64,000 nt of DNA from an uncultured delta proteobacterium. GTDB taxonomy: Bacteria > Desulfobacterota > Desulfomonilia > UBA1062. This document shows, piece by piece, positions 1 through 9,232 of the stretch. The notes under the pieces are model-generated. The model was not told the origin of the DNA and did no database searches. It saw only the letters and a list, made by a program, of their open reading frames with translations. The position numbers and the translations under genes are program-made. The stretch covers positions 1-64,000 of the forward strand of contig CAWAUM010000010.1 in assembly GCA_963785235.1 (NCBI GenBank), in the 5' to 3' direction. Each line of letters starts with the position of its first letter. Positions within the stretch are counted from its first letter, which is position 1.

Positions 1-184
1 GGAGCACACCCTGAACAGTTCCTCTGTTATCCTCGGCAATAAGATAAAATGCTCGGTGCCCATAAGCGGTCTCAACAGCTTCTTTCCAGGCAAAGAAATG
101 GTATGGCCCTGCATCAGCCTGGGATATTACAAAATCATCCCATCTTTTTTTATCAGGAGAGTCAGCTAATTTAATCGTGGTCAT
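1..184 (-). CDS. FemAB-like (GNAT) protein, PEP-CTERM/EPS-associated, 5' part only (runs off the window)
   Basis: Not in the ORF track. Manual translation from ATG at 184 gives MTTIKLADSPDKKRWDDFVISQADAGPYHFFAWKEAVETAYGHRAFYLIAEDNRGTVQGVL, matching the WDxFV...W...AYGH..YL.AE...GVL N-terminus of FemAB-related proteins. Confidence 0.7.
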   Translation of the reverse strand, partial: MTTIKLADSPDKKRWDDFVISQADAGPYHFFAWKEAVETAYGHRAFYLIAEDNRGTVQGVL

Positions 185-448
185 TTTTTAAAAAGACGAG
201 CTTACATGATTTTTTGTTCAGAGCTCCGCCATTTCGGGTGAGGTGCTGCCTGCTAATCAGTTGAATGTGTCTCATAGAAGCATTTAAAGCTCTACACCAA
301 AATATATAGTGGATGTTCGTCACAATTCAATGCAAACTTGATGGAAAAATACATGGTGTTCTGCATTTAACACAAGAATATCTAATAATATTTAAGCATA
401 TGTTGGTTGTCCTTGCACATTGATCATACCATACAGTAAAGCTCTGTT

Positions 449-1399
449 ATGAAGCGATTAAAATCACCTCAAATTATTTTTATCATCCTCTTTCTCATGG
501 CAGGGGTATCGTTCCTGCTCTTCACTGATTTTGGCAAGTCCCATTCCCGCATCATTGATGAAATTCTCGACTATGGCCACCTTCCCCTCTTCGGCGTTGT
601 TTCCCTGGTAATCCTGTGGATTCTTAATCATGGCAAATGGCCATGCACTATAACGAAGCGGTACCTGCAGGCAGGGATCATAACGGTCTTTCTCGCAGTC
701 CTTACGGAATGCATTCAGGTGCTCATGCCGAACAGGTACTTTCAGTTTGGGGATATTCTGAATGACACGATCGGTGCTGCAGTCTTTCTCTGGCTTGCCC
801 ATTCTTTTTTGAACAAACTCCCTGGCTTGACCAAAGCACTGAGCAGATGGGCAGTGATTCTGCTCATGATGCTTCCGGCAATCCCGATTTTTGTGGCAGC
901 AATTGACACCTGGAACATGGAAAGGGATTTTCCGATCCTGGGCTCATTCGAGTCTTTCCTTGAGATGTCACGGTGGACACAGAAAGAAAGCATGATTCGC
1001 AGGTCCACACTTCATGCATCTGAAGGGGGATACTCCCTGGAAGCAGCCCTGCTCCCTGGCAGTTATCCCGGCATCTCCATGGATTATCTGGCAAATGACT
1101 GGAGAGGCTATGAGGGTATGTCCTTTGATGTATTCCTCGAAGGGCCTTCACCCTTGAGCATTACGGTGAGGATCAATGACCAGGCACACAACAATGAGTT
1201 TGCCGACAGGTTCAACAAGAGGTACCAGATCTCTCCAGGATGGAATCATATATCGATCAAACTTGATGATGTAAGATCAGCACCGAAAGGGCGTGAGATG
1301 AATATGGCGGAGATTACGAACATTTGTATCTTTGCTTACAGGCTTAAAGAGCACAGAACAGTCTATTTTGATAATTTCAGGCTGCAGAATCGCGGCTGA
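449..1399 (+). CDS. VanZ-family membrane protein with C-terminal carbohydrate-binding-like beta-sandwich
   Basis: N-terminal TM helices with H..LF and E.IQ...P.R...GDI.ND (VanZ). C-terminal DW.GY...FDV...GWNH.SI...YFDNFRL pattern. The stop codon lies inside a REP element. Confidence 0.7.
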   Translation: MKRLKSPQIIFIILFLMAGVSFLLFTDFGKSHSRIIDEILDYGHLPLFGVVSLVILWILNHGKWPCTITKRYLQAGIITVFLAVLTECIQVLMPNRYFQFGDILNDTIGAAVFLWLAHSFLNKLPGLTKALSRWAVILLMMLPAIPIFVAAIDTWNMERDFPILGSFESFLEMSRWTQKESMIRRSTLHASEGGYSLEAALLPGSYPGISMDYLANDWRGYEGMSFDVFLEGPSPLSITVRINDQAHNNEFADRFNKRYQISPGWNHISIKLDDVRSAPKGREMNMAEITNICIFAYRLKEHRTVYFDNFRLQNRG

Positions 1400-1434
1400 A
1401 GCCGCTCCTACATCATGATAGGCAAATGCAACGT

Positions 1435-2337
1435 TCACAGCCCCAGGGATGCCGGCCTTGTCCTTTCTCAGGTATGCCCCCATGTCAAGATTCTCGGTGA
1501 CAGTCATGCTGGAAAAAATCCTCCTGCCCTCGGGAACCTGTACAACACCTAGAGCAAATATCTTGTCAGGGCTCATATTGTGGATGGGCTGGCCCATGAA
1601 ATGGATCTCGCCATAGCGGCCAGGCACGACCCCGCAGACAGACATGAGCGTGGTGGATTTGCCCGCACCGTTGGCACCGATCAGCGTCACTATCTCGCCC
1701 TGGGCAAGGTCCAGGGAGACACTCTTCAACGCGTGGATGCCGCCGTAATAGGTATGGAGGCTCTTTACCTTAAGCATCAAAGGCCTCACCGAGATATGCC
1801 TTGATGACATTGGGGTTCTCGACTATCTCTTTCGGTGTCCCCTGGGCGATCATCTGGCCATAGTCAAGGACATAGATGCGCTCGGATATGCTCATGACAA
1901 GCTTCATGTCGTGCTCGATAAGGAGGATGGAGATCCCCTCTTCATCACGAATCCGGGTAATGAGCTCGTCCAGCTCTCCGGTCTCCTTGGGGTTCATGCC
2001 GGCTGCCGGTTCGTCCAGAAGGAGCAGGAAGGGCTCTGTGGCCATGGCCCGGGCAATCTCGAGCCTTCGCTGAGCCCCGTAAGGAAGCTCCTGGGCCAGC
2101 TCATTCACATATTGGGCAAGACCCATCTTTTCGAGCATCCGGTAGGAAAAATCCACCATGTCCCGCTCTTCCGCACGTGTCTTCTTATCCCTGAAGATGG
2201 CCCCTGCTATGCCCGAGCGTGTCCTGCAGTGCCTTGCCACCATGACGTTTTCCAGCACGGTCATCTTCTGGAAAAGCCGTATGTTCTGGAAGGTGCGCGC
2301 CAAGTCCGTTCTTCGTAACGATATTTGATTTGAGTCT
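1435..2337 (-). pseudogene. Partial duplicate of livG 3' part plus livF with an internal 365-bp deletion
   Basis: 1387-1447 matches 4154-4214, and 1448-2302 matches 4580-5434 (offset 3132). Bases equivalent to 4215-4579 are missing. More diverged homology continues to about 2337. Confidence 0.9.
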
Positions 2338-2356
2338 GTAGAGCCTGTGCGAGGCT

Positions 2357-2413
2357 CTTAAAGAGCCGAGGATTCTGTATTTCTATAATTTCAGGCAGAA
2401 GAATCACAGATGA
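2357..2413 (+). pseudogene. Diverged 57-bp remnant of the 3' end of the VanZ-family gene
   Basis: Translates LKEPRILYFYNFRQKNHR* versus LKEHRTVYFDNFRLQNRG* at 1343-1399. Also ends inside a REP. Confidence 0.8.
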
Positions 2414-2610
2414 AGCCGCTCCTACGGGGGCGGTTGGTATTTCGAGTGGGGAAATCGCGGATAAATCCGCTCCTACGGAGATTGGATTGTGTTCGCAGGA
2501 GAATTTTTAATCGCGATGATATCTTGATGATATCTTACGGTTGGTAGCCATTTTATAACAATGATTGACATTTACTGTTATCGTGTATATTCATAATCAG
2601 GAGCTGAAAT

Positions 2611-2877
2611 ATGAATATATCACTAACCCATCATCTTGAGGAATTGGTTAAAAGTAAAGTTAACAGTGGCCTCTATAGCTCTGCGAGCGAGGTCATGCGG
2701 GATGCGTTGCGCCTACTCGATGAGCGCGACCGGTTACGAGCCTTGCGCTTAGAAGAGTTGAGATCGGAAATCAAAAGGGGCTTAGACAGCGGCGAGTCAA
2801 CTCCTTTGGATATTGGAGCTGTCAAGGCTCGTGGTCGCAAACGTCTTGCAGCTGAACGGGGAGGAACAAAATCCTGA
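2611..2877 (+). CDS. parD: ParD-family antitoxin (CC2985-like RHH)
   Basis: MNISLT...V.SG.Y.SASEV.RDALRLL...GLDSG. Overlaps the toxin start. Confidence 0.9.
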   Translation: MNISLTHHLEELVKSKVNSGLYSSASEVMRDALRLLDERDRLRALRLEELRSEIKRGLDSGESTPLDIGAVKARGRKRLAAERGGTKS

Positions 2878-3164
2878 TGCCGCAGGTCCTTAGACGTCCT
2901 CTGGCTGAAGCTGACCTTGATGATATCTGGTGGTACATAGCCCAGGATAATCTGGATGCCGCCGACTTATTCCTCGATAAAATTGAGGAAATATTACATA
3001 CACTCGCTCAATTTCCAAACATGGGCATAAACCGAGATGAGCTTATGCCCTCTTTGCGAAGTCTACCCATTGGCAATTACGTGATTTTCTATCTGCCGCT
3101 TGACGACGGCATTGATGTCGTCAGGATTTTGTCTGGAATGCGAGAGATCGACCCTCTCTTTTAA
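2877..3164 (+). CDS. parE: ParE/RelE-family toxin
   Basis: AEADLDDIW.YIA.DN..AA...L..FP.MG..R.EL...LRS...NYVIFY...V.RIL. Confidence 0.9.
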   Translation: MPQVLRRPLAEADLDDIWWYIAQDNLDAADLFLDKIEEILHTLAQFPNMGINRDELMPSLRSLPIGNYVIFYLPLDDGIDVVRILSGMREIDPLF

Positions 3165-3373
3165 TAAGGGGTTATAGTCTCGGATGAATCGCGGTTGAAG
3201 TCGCTCCTACATCATGTTGGATAAATACAACGCTTGTAGGAGCGCCTTCAGGCACGATCAATGCATCGATATGATATCAATAAATCGCGTTTGAATGCAT
3301 CATGGCAGCAAAATCCAACTTAAGTAGAAGCGCCTTCAGGCGCCACAAAGACGCACTGTCAGCTTTGATTGAA

Positions 3374-3769
3374 TTACCAGATGGCTCTGACATGAGGATA
3401 ATTGCGTATCTTTTCATCTTTTGTGACCACGGTCGCCCCCAATGACATAGCTGTAGCAATTATGATTCTATCTGCAGGATCATCGTGCAGGGGTGCAGGG
3501 AGATTGACCGACCGAAGAGCAATAGAATTCGTCACCGGAACAAACTTCATGAAAGGCAGCAGCTCCGACTTATGAATCCAGTCACCCACCTGCATGGTCA
3601 ATTTCAAACGGTTTCTCATCACCAGGAGAGCAACCTCCCACACACTTATGGATGAAATATAAATCACTTTTTTTTGAACAGAAGCCTCCACCGCTTTTTT
3701 CGCTTTTGCAGATAAAAGCTCCGGGTTCGAGACAAACCAGATCCATGCATGGGTGTCCAGGACGATCAT
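3374..3769 (-). CDS. vapC: VapC-family PIN-domain toxin
   Basis: IVLDTHAWIW, SSISVWE, H.DPADRIIIATA, VTKD. Confidence 0.9.
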   Translation of the reverse strand: MIVLDTHAWIWFVSNPELLSAKAKKAVEASVQKKVIYISSISVWEVALLVMRNRLKLTMQVGDWIHKSELLPFMKFVPVTNSIALRSVNLPAPLHDDPADRIIIATAMSLGATVVTKDEKIRNYPHVRAIW

Positions 3770-3999
3770 TTCAGCAACTCCCAGTCTTCCATCCCTACAG
3801 GTTTGGTGGGATTTTCATAGGCAATAACGGAGTTGCGAAGTTCGAGCAGAGACTGCACGGAATCTTCCGTGTAGGGGATTACCTTCAGCACCGGCTTTCC
3901 CCGGTCGGTTATGATCAATTCCTGGCGTGTCTCTTCGATCTTCCGGAAGAATTCCAGGGCATGGGGTTTAAACTGAGATTTTGATACCATATTTTTCAT
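3766..3999 (-). CDS. Phd/YefM-family antitoxin
   Basis: VSKSQFK...FRKIE.T..ELIITDRGKPV. ATGA overlap with vapC. Confidence 0.85.
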   Translation of the reverse strand: MKNMVSKSQFKPHALEFFRKIEETRQELIITDRGKPVLKVIPYTEDSVQSLLELRNSVIAYENPTKPVGMEDWELLK

Positions 4000-4014
4000 G
4001 ACAGCACCTCACTC

Positions 4015-4064
4015 TCCATGGATATGACATGGTCATATAACCATGGTCATTTAATGTCGTCAAG
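4015..4064 (-). promoter_or_regulatory. Sigma70-like promoter overlapped by tandem palindromic TA operators
   Basis: Minus strand TTGACG-N17-TTATAT. Palindromes ATGACATGGTCAT and ATAACCATGGTCAT. Confidence 0.5.
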
Positions 4065-4201
4065 GGGAATTTCATCGGCTGGATCCAGGCACTGCTTTGC
4101 AATAAAGCAGTGCCCTCCTTTTTGCATGAAAGGATTATTCGTTTGCCTTAAGAGAATCGCGGCTGAAGCCGCTCCTACATCATGATAGGCAAATGCAACG
4201 T

Positions 4202-4909
4202 TCACAGCCCCAGGTATGCCGTCTTGATCTTCTCGCTCTTCAAAAGGTTCGATGCGGTATCCTCCATGGCAATGGCCCCGCTCTCCATCACATAGCCCCG
4301 GTGCGCGATGCGAAGCGCCATGTTGGCGTTCTGCTCCACGAGGAATATGGTGGTGCCGTTCTCGCGGTTGATCTTGCTGATGGTCTCGAAGATGAGCTGC
4401 ACGAGCACCGGCGCCAAGCCCAGCGACGGCTCGTCCAGCAGCAGGAGCTTGGGCCTGCTCATGAGCCCGCGGGATATGGCGAGCATCTGCTGCTCGCCGC
4501 CGGACAGCGTGCCTCCGGACTGGTGGCGCCGTTCTGCCAGGCGGGGGAAGAGGTCAAAGATATAATCCAGGTCTTCTTTGATGCCGGCCTTGTCCTTTCT
4601 CAGGTATGCCCCCATGTCAAGATTCTCGGTGACGGTCATGTTGGAGAAAATTCTCCTGCCCTCGGGAACCTGTACGACACCTAAGGCAAATATCCTGTCA
4701 GGACTCATGTTGTGGATGGGCTGGCCCATGAAATGGATCTCGCCATAGCGGGCAGGCACGACTCCGCAGACAGACATGAGCGTGGTGGATTTGCCCGCAC
4801 CGTTGGCACCGATCAGCGTCACTATCTCGCCCTGGGCAAGCTCCAGGGAGACACTCTTCAATGCATGGATGCCGCCGTAATAGGTATGGAGGTTCTTTAC
4901 CTTAAGCAT
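4202..4909 (-). CDS. livF: Branched-chain amino acid ABC transporter ATPase
   Basis: GANGAGKST, VPEGRRIF, LSGGEQQML, LLLDEPSLGLAP. Start adjusted to MLKVK. Confidence 0.95.
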   Translation of the reverse strand: MLKVKNLHTYYGGIHALKSVSLELAQGEIVTLIGANGAGKSTTLMSVCGVVPARYGEIHFMGQPIHNMSPDRIFALGVVQVPEGRRIFSNMTVTENLDMGAYLRKDKAGIKEDLDYIFDLFPRLAERRHQSGGTLSGGEQQMLAISRGLMSRPKLLLLDEPSLGLAPVLVQLIFETISKINRENGTTIFLVEQNANMALRIAHRGYVMESGAIAMEDTASNLLKSEKIKTAYLGL

Positions 4910-5699
4910 CAAAGGCCTCACCGAGATATGCCTTGATGACATTGGGGTTCTCGACTATCTCTTTCGGTGTCCCCTGGGCGATCATCTGGCCATAGTCAAG
5001 GACATAGATGCGCTCGGATATGCTCATGACAAGCTTCATGTCGTGCTCGATAAGGAGGATGGAGATCCCCTCTTCATCACGAATCCGGGTAATGAGCTCG
5101 TCCAGCTCTCCGGTCTCCTTGGGATTCATGCCGGCTGCCGGTTCGTCCAGAAGGAGCAGGAAGGGCTCTGTGGCCATGGCCCGGGCAATCTCGAGCCTTC
5201 GCTGCGCCCCGTAAGGAAGCTCCTGGGCCAGCTCATTCACATATTGGGCAAGACCCATCTTTTCGAGCATCCGGTAGGAAAAATCCACCATGTCCCGCTC
5301 TTCCGCACGTGTCTTCTTATCCCTGAAGATAGCCCCTGCTATGCCCGAGCGTGTCCTGCAGTGCCTTGCCACCATGACGTTTTCCAGCACGGTCATCTTC
5401 TGGAAAAGCCGTATGTTCTGGAAGGTGCGCGCCAGGCCGTGTTTCGTGACAATATTGGGCTTGAGTTTATTTATCCTGCGCGAGGCCTTGCCGGGCGGAT
5501 TGATGATCATGTCGCCTCTGGTGGGCTCGTAGATGCCGGTGATGCAGTTGAAGAACGTGGTCTTGCCGGCGCCGTTGGGGCCTATCAAGGCAACGATCTC
5601 CCCCGGGTTCACCTGGATGCTGATGGTATCGATGGCCCGCAGACCCCCGAAGTCCATGGTGAGCCCCCTGATGTCGAGCACGGGCATGGCGGCTGTCAT
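4902..5699 (-). CDS. livG: Branched-chain amino acid ABC transporter ATPase
   Basis: FGGL.A, GPNGAGKTT, ARTFQNIRLF, LPYG.QRRLEIARA, EHDM, AYLG. Confidence 0.95.
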   Translation of the reverse strand: MTAAMPVLDIRGLTMDFGGLRAIDTISIQVNPGEIVALIGPNGAGKTTFFNCITGIYEPTRGDMIINPPGKASRRINKLKPNIVTKHGLARTFQNIRLFQKMTVLENVMVARHCRTRSGIAGAIFRDKKTRAEERDMVDFSYRMLEKMGLAQYVNELAQELPYGAQRRLEIARAMATEPFLLLLDEPAAGMNPKETGELDELITRIRDEEGISILLIEHDMKLVMSISERIYVLDYGQMIAQGTPKEIVENPNVIKAYLGEAFDA

Positions 5700-6952
5700 T
5701 TCTGAGCCACCTCGTTATTTTCCTTATGGAATTCGTAGTGCTGCTTGATGCCGCTGATAATGCCCTGCGGCCTGAAGACCATGATGAGAACCATGCTTGC
5801 ACCAAAGGCAAGCATGCGGTACTCGGAAAAGGCCCTCAGATATTCGGGGAGCAGGATGAGGATAAAGGCGCCCACCATCACACCCACTATGGATCCCATG
5901 CCTCCCAGCACCACGATGGACAGGATCATGGCCGATTCCATAAAGGTAAAGCTCGCCGGGTTGATGAAGGTGGTCTTGGCTGCCAGGATGCAGCCCACAA
6001 AGCCGGCCCATGTAGCGCCAAGGGCAAAGGCCATGAGCTTGGTGCCGGTCTTGTCGATGCCCATGGCCTGGCAGGCTATCTCGTCTTCGCGAAGCGCTAT
6101 CCATGCCCTTCCGATCCGTGAGTGCCTGAGCCTGCCCACCACGAGCATGGTAAAAATAACCAGCATGATCATGATGTAGTAGAGGTAGACCATGTGCTGC
6201 TGGAGGGTGAGCTGAATACCGAAGGTTGAAGGCCTGGATATCCCGGCAATACCGCTGGGGCCGAAAGACAACGCGTTCCAGTTCTCCAGGATGAGCCTGA
6301 TGATCTCGCCAAACCCCAAGGTGACAATAGCCAGGTAGTCACCCCGCAAGCGGAGCACCGGGAAGCCGAGCAGGATACCGAATGTGGCCGCCAAGGCCCC
6401 GGAGAGCGGCAGGGCCACCCAGAAGCCGAGCCCGAAATGATGATTCATGAGGGCATAGAAATAGGCGCCTACCGCATAGAATGCCACGTATCCCAGGTCG
6501 AGCAGCCCTGCCAGTCCCACCACGATATTGAGCCCCAGACCCAGCATTACATACATGAGCGCCGTGATCATGATGGAGGTCTGGTAGCTGGAGAATAAAA
6601 AGGGGAAAACGGCGGCAACGAGAGCCAGGAACGCCATGCAAGGTATATATACGCGCTTATCCGAACGGATACGTTTGCCTGCCCTCTTCTGCCAGGTATC
6701 GGCATCATCCCCATCACCGGACGCCCCTGTTTCCTTGCGCGCGAGGAGGTAGCGCCAGATAAAAGAGAGAAAAAATGCCCCGATACCCACATAAAGCATG
6801 TTCATCCAGCGCCACTGAATTGTACTGTCTAAGGGATTTACCTTCATGACCATGAGGGGAAAGGTGAGGAACATGAACCACAATGCAGCTATGCCTGATT
6901 GAGCGATCTCGCCTAAGGCCCGCTGCATGAGGGAATCTGTATCTGAATTCAT
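5696..6952 (-). CDS. livM: Branched-chain amino acid ABC transporter permease
   Basis: GLNIVVGLAGLLDLGYVAFYAVGAY, LRLRGDYLAIVTLGFGEI. Start adjusted to MNSDTD. Confidence 0.95.
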   Translation of the reverse strand: MNSDTDSLMQRALGEIAQSGIAALWFMFLTFPLMVMKVNPLDSTIQWRWMNMLYVGIGAFFLSFIWRYLLARKETGASGDGDDADTWQKRAGKRIRSDKRVYIPCMAFLALVAAVFPFLFSSYQTSIMITALMYVMLGLGLNIVVGLAGLLDLGYVAFYAVGAYFYALMNHHFGLGFWVALPLSGALAATFGILLGFPVLRLRGDYLAIVTLGFGEIIRLILENWNALSFGPSGIAGISRPSTFGIQLTLQQHMVYLYYIMIMLVIFTMLVVGRLRHSRIGRAWIALREDEIACQAMGIDKTGTKLMAFALGATWAGFVGCILAAKTTFINPASFTFMESAMILSIVVLGGMGSIVGVMVGAFILILLPEYLRAFSEYRMLAFGASMVLIMVFRPQGIISGIKQHYEFHKENNEVAQK

Positions 6953-6962
6953 GGTCAACTCT

Positions 6963-7862
6963 TTACACCTTTTCCGAGCTCGTCTTCCCGAGGATACCTG
7001 CGGGTCGGAAAATGAGGATGAACACGAGCAGCGCGAAGGCAAACACGTCTTCGTAGTCGCTCGATACATAGCCTGTGGCAAAGCTCTCGGTCCACCCCAG
7101 TATCATTCCGCCGAGAACGGCGCCCGGGATGCTGCCGATGCCGCCCAGGACAGCCGCGGTGAAGGCCTTGATCCCTGCGATGAAGCCGATATAGAAATTG
7201 ATCTGCCCGATATGGGATGATATGAGCACACCGCCGACAGCTGCCAGCGCGCTCCCGATGATGAAGGTCACCGAGATGACCCGGTTCACATTCACGCCGA
7301 GCAGCATGGCCATGGTCTTGTCCTGGGCCACGGCCCGCATGGCCTTGCCTATGCGCGTGAACTTGATGAAGAGTGTAAGCAGGGTGGTGGCCACTATGGT
7401 GGTTATGAAGATCACCAGTTCCGAGGAACGCATGATGGTTACATTCTCCATGAAAGAGAATTCATCGATGAGCGCAGGGAAAGAGACGAAGTCGGATGTC
7501 TGGGCAAGCAGCACATAGTTCTGCAGGAAAATGGACATGCCGATGGCGCTGATAAGCGGCGAGAGCCTCTGGGCGTTGCGCAGAGGCTTGTAGGCGATCT
7601 TCTCCAGGGTAAACCCGTAGGCCGCAGAATATATCATGGCCACAATCCCGGCCAGAACAAGGAGAGACCAGCCGCTCATGCCCATGAGAGCCAGCGCGCT
7701 CGCCACGATCAGGGCCGTAAAGGCGCCGATCATATAGATCTCGCCGTGGGCGAAATTGATGAGCTCGATAATCCCGTAGACCATGGTATAGCCAAGGGCA
7801 ATCAGGGCATAGATACTGCCCCTGGTGAGCCCGCCGAAGAAGAGTTCCAGGAAGTATTCCAT
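6963..7862 (-). CDS. livH: Branched-chain amino acid ABC transporter permease
   Basis: GSIYALIALGYTMVYGII..INFAHGE, KAFTAAVLGGIGSIPGA. Confidence 0.95.
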   Translation of the reverse strand: MEYFLELFFGGLTRGSIYALIALGYTMVYGIIELINFAHGEIYMIGAFTALIVASALALMGMSGWSLLVLAGIVAMIYSAAYGFTLEKIAYKPLRNAQRLSPLISAIGMSIFLQNYVLLAQTSDFVSFPALIDEFSFMENVTIMRSSELVIFITTIVATTLLTLFIKFTRIGKAMRAVAQDKTMAMLLGVNVNRVISVTFIIGSALAAVGGVLISSHIGQINFYIGFIAGIKAFTAAVLGGIGSIPGAVLGGMILGWTESFATGYVSSDYEDVFAFALLVFILIFRPAGILGKTSSEKV

Positions 7863-7891
7863 ATCCGCTCAGCTATCCTAAATCTGAATAC

Positions 7892-7921
7892 AAAAAAGGG
7901 AGCAGATTATCTGCTCCCTTT
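7892..7921 (-). terminator. Intrinsic terminator or stabilising hairpin after livK
   Basis: AAAGGGAGCAGA/TCTGCTCCCTTT stem followed by a T-run on the minus strand. Confidence 0.7.
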
Positions 7922-7937
7922 CTTTAGATTCTTATCC

Positions 7938-9047
7938 TTATTTTATTTCTACGTACTTGCCGTCTTTGACCTGGTACATGGAAAAGCCGATGCCCTTTGC
8001 ATCGCCTCTCTCATCGAAGCTGATCTTTCCGAGCGGCGTCTCGAACCAGTTTGTCCGCAGAGCCTTGGATATTGCATCGTAATTGGTTGAACCGGCCTTT
8101 TCAATGGCCTGAAGCAGGCACAGGGATGCAGCGTATGCATTCAGGTAGAATGCCCCCGGATCAGAGCCGAATGCCTTTTTATGCTGCTCTATGGCTGCAA
8201 CTGCCATGGGGTTCTTGGATGTGTCCATGGGGCCGGTGGCATAGACGCCCTCTGCAAACTTGCCGGCTACCTTGATGAAGGTGTCGTCTTTCACGCCATC
8301 ATCAGAGATAAAGAAGGTCTTCATCTTCTTTTTCTTCATGGCGCTGACGATCTTGGCTGCTTCAGGATGGTATCCACCATAGATTACCGCATCCGCCTTG
8401 GAGTTCTTGATCTTCTGCACAATAGCAGAGTAGTCCACTGCGCCTGGGGTGATACCCTCAAACAGCACCGGGGTGATGCCCAGCTTCTCCAAGTCAGCCT
8501 TGGCGAATTCGGCAAGGCCCTTGCCGTAGTCTCCCTTGTCATGGATGACGGCAATCTTTTTCACCTTGAGCTTTTTCAGTGCGAACTCCACCTCGAGTTT
8601 TGCCTGGGCATCATCCGGGGAGATGGTCCGGAAGAAGTTCGGGTAGTCGCCGCTCTTGGTGAGGTCTACATTCGTGGCGGATGGTGACATGGTGACGATC
8701 TTTGCTTCCTTGTAGGTATTGAGTGCAGCCTTGGTTGCGCCGCTGCAGATATGGCCAAGAACGACATCGGCCTTGTCGGAAACGAGCTTGCTGGCAACAT
8801 TGGCACCTACCTCAGGCTTGCAGACATCGTCGGCAGGGAGGATCTCCACCTTCTTGCCCAGAACTCCGCCCTTGGCGTTCACGTCACCTACCACGAGTTT
8901 TGCTGCATTCAATGTCGGAAGACCGTAGGAAGCAAGGTCACCGCTGTGCGCCCCTGCAACACCAAGCTTGATCGTATCAGCCGCAAAGACCGAACCGGCA
9001 AACACCATGAATGCGATTGCCAACAAGAAAATCAGTGCTCTCTTCAT
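7938..9047 (-). CDS. livK: Branched-chain amino acid ABC transporter substrate-binding protein
   Basis: Signal peptide MKRALIF...VFA, then DD.C.P, GHICSG, YGKGLA. Start adjusted using the GGAGG RBS. Confidence 0.92.
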   Translation of the reverse strand: MKRALIFLLAIAFMVFAGSVFAADTIKLGVAGAHSGDLASYGLPTLNAAKLVVGDVNAKGGVLGKKVEILPADDVCKPEVGANVASKLVSDKADVVLGHICSGATKAALNTYKEAKIVTMSPSATNVDLTKSGDYPNFFRTISPDDAQAKLEVEFALKKLKVKKIAVIHDKGDYGKGLAEFAKADLEKLGITPVLFEGITPGAVDYSAIVQKIKNSKADAVIYGGYHPEAAKIVSAMKKKKMKTFFISDDGVKDDTFIKVAGKFAEGVYATGPMDTSKNPMAVAAIEQHKKAFGSDPGAFYLNAYAASLCLLQAIEKAGSTNYDAISKALRTNWFETPLGKISFDERGDAKGIGFSMYQVKDGKYVEIK

Positions 9048-9232
9048 TCCTTCCTCCCCTTTGCTTTGATATTCTTGATTATTTCCGTAACTCTCTCTCA
9101 TGAATCTTATAACAACTAACACTATAGGGCCAATTCTGTCAAACCCCAATACCTTTATGCACTTCTGGGCGAAATCTCCATCCCCGGTCTTTACAAGGTG
9201 CATTTCAGCATGATAGTGCCTCAAATGTGGGT

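Larger units (their letters stand above)
1390..4178. repeat. Cluster of about 8 GTAG-type REP elements (consensus GTAGGAGCGGCTTCAGCCGCGA)
   Basis: Copies at 1390-1411, 2404-2425, 2455-2476, 2495-2516 (inverted, degenerate), 3189-3210 plus 3236-3257 (inverted pair, REPIN-like), 3324-3345 and 4157-4178. An extra GTAG-led hairpin sits at 2338-2358. Confidence 0.85.

Noticed and set aside
1277-1810. Track ORF suggesting a LivF variant with a novel C-terminus
   Set aside because: The tail results from the 365-bp deletion shifting frame and reading antisense through the REP and vanZ end.
4087-4114. GGCAC...TTGC as a sigma54 promoter
   Set aside because: The GG-to-GC spacing is one base short, and the sequence is one arm of an 11-bp hairpin.
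1390-4178. Repeats read as a CRISPR array or integron attC sites
   Set aside because: Irregular spacing, both orientations and a GTAG-plus-palindrome structure fit REPs. There is no cas or intI gene, and I saw no RYYYAAC/GTTRRRY box pairs.
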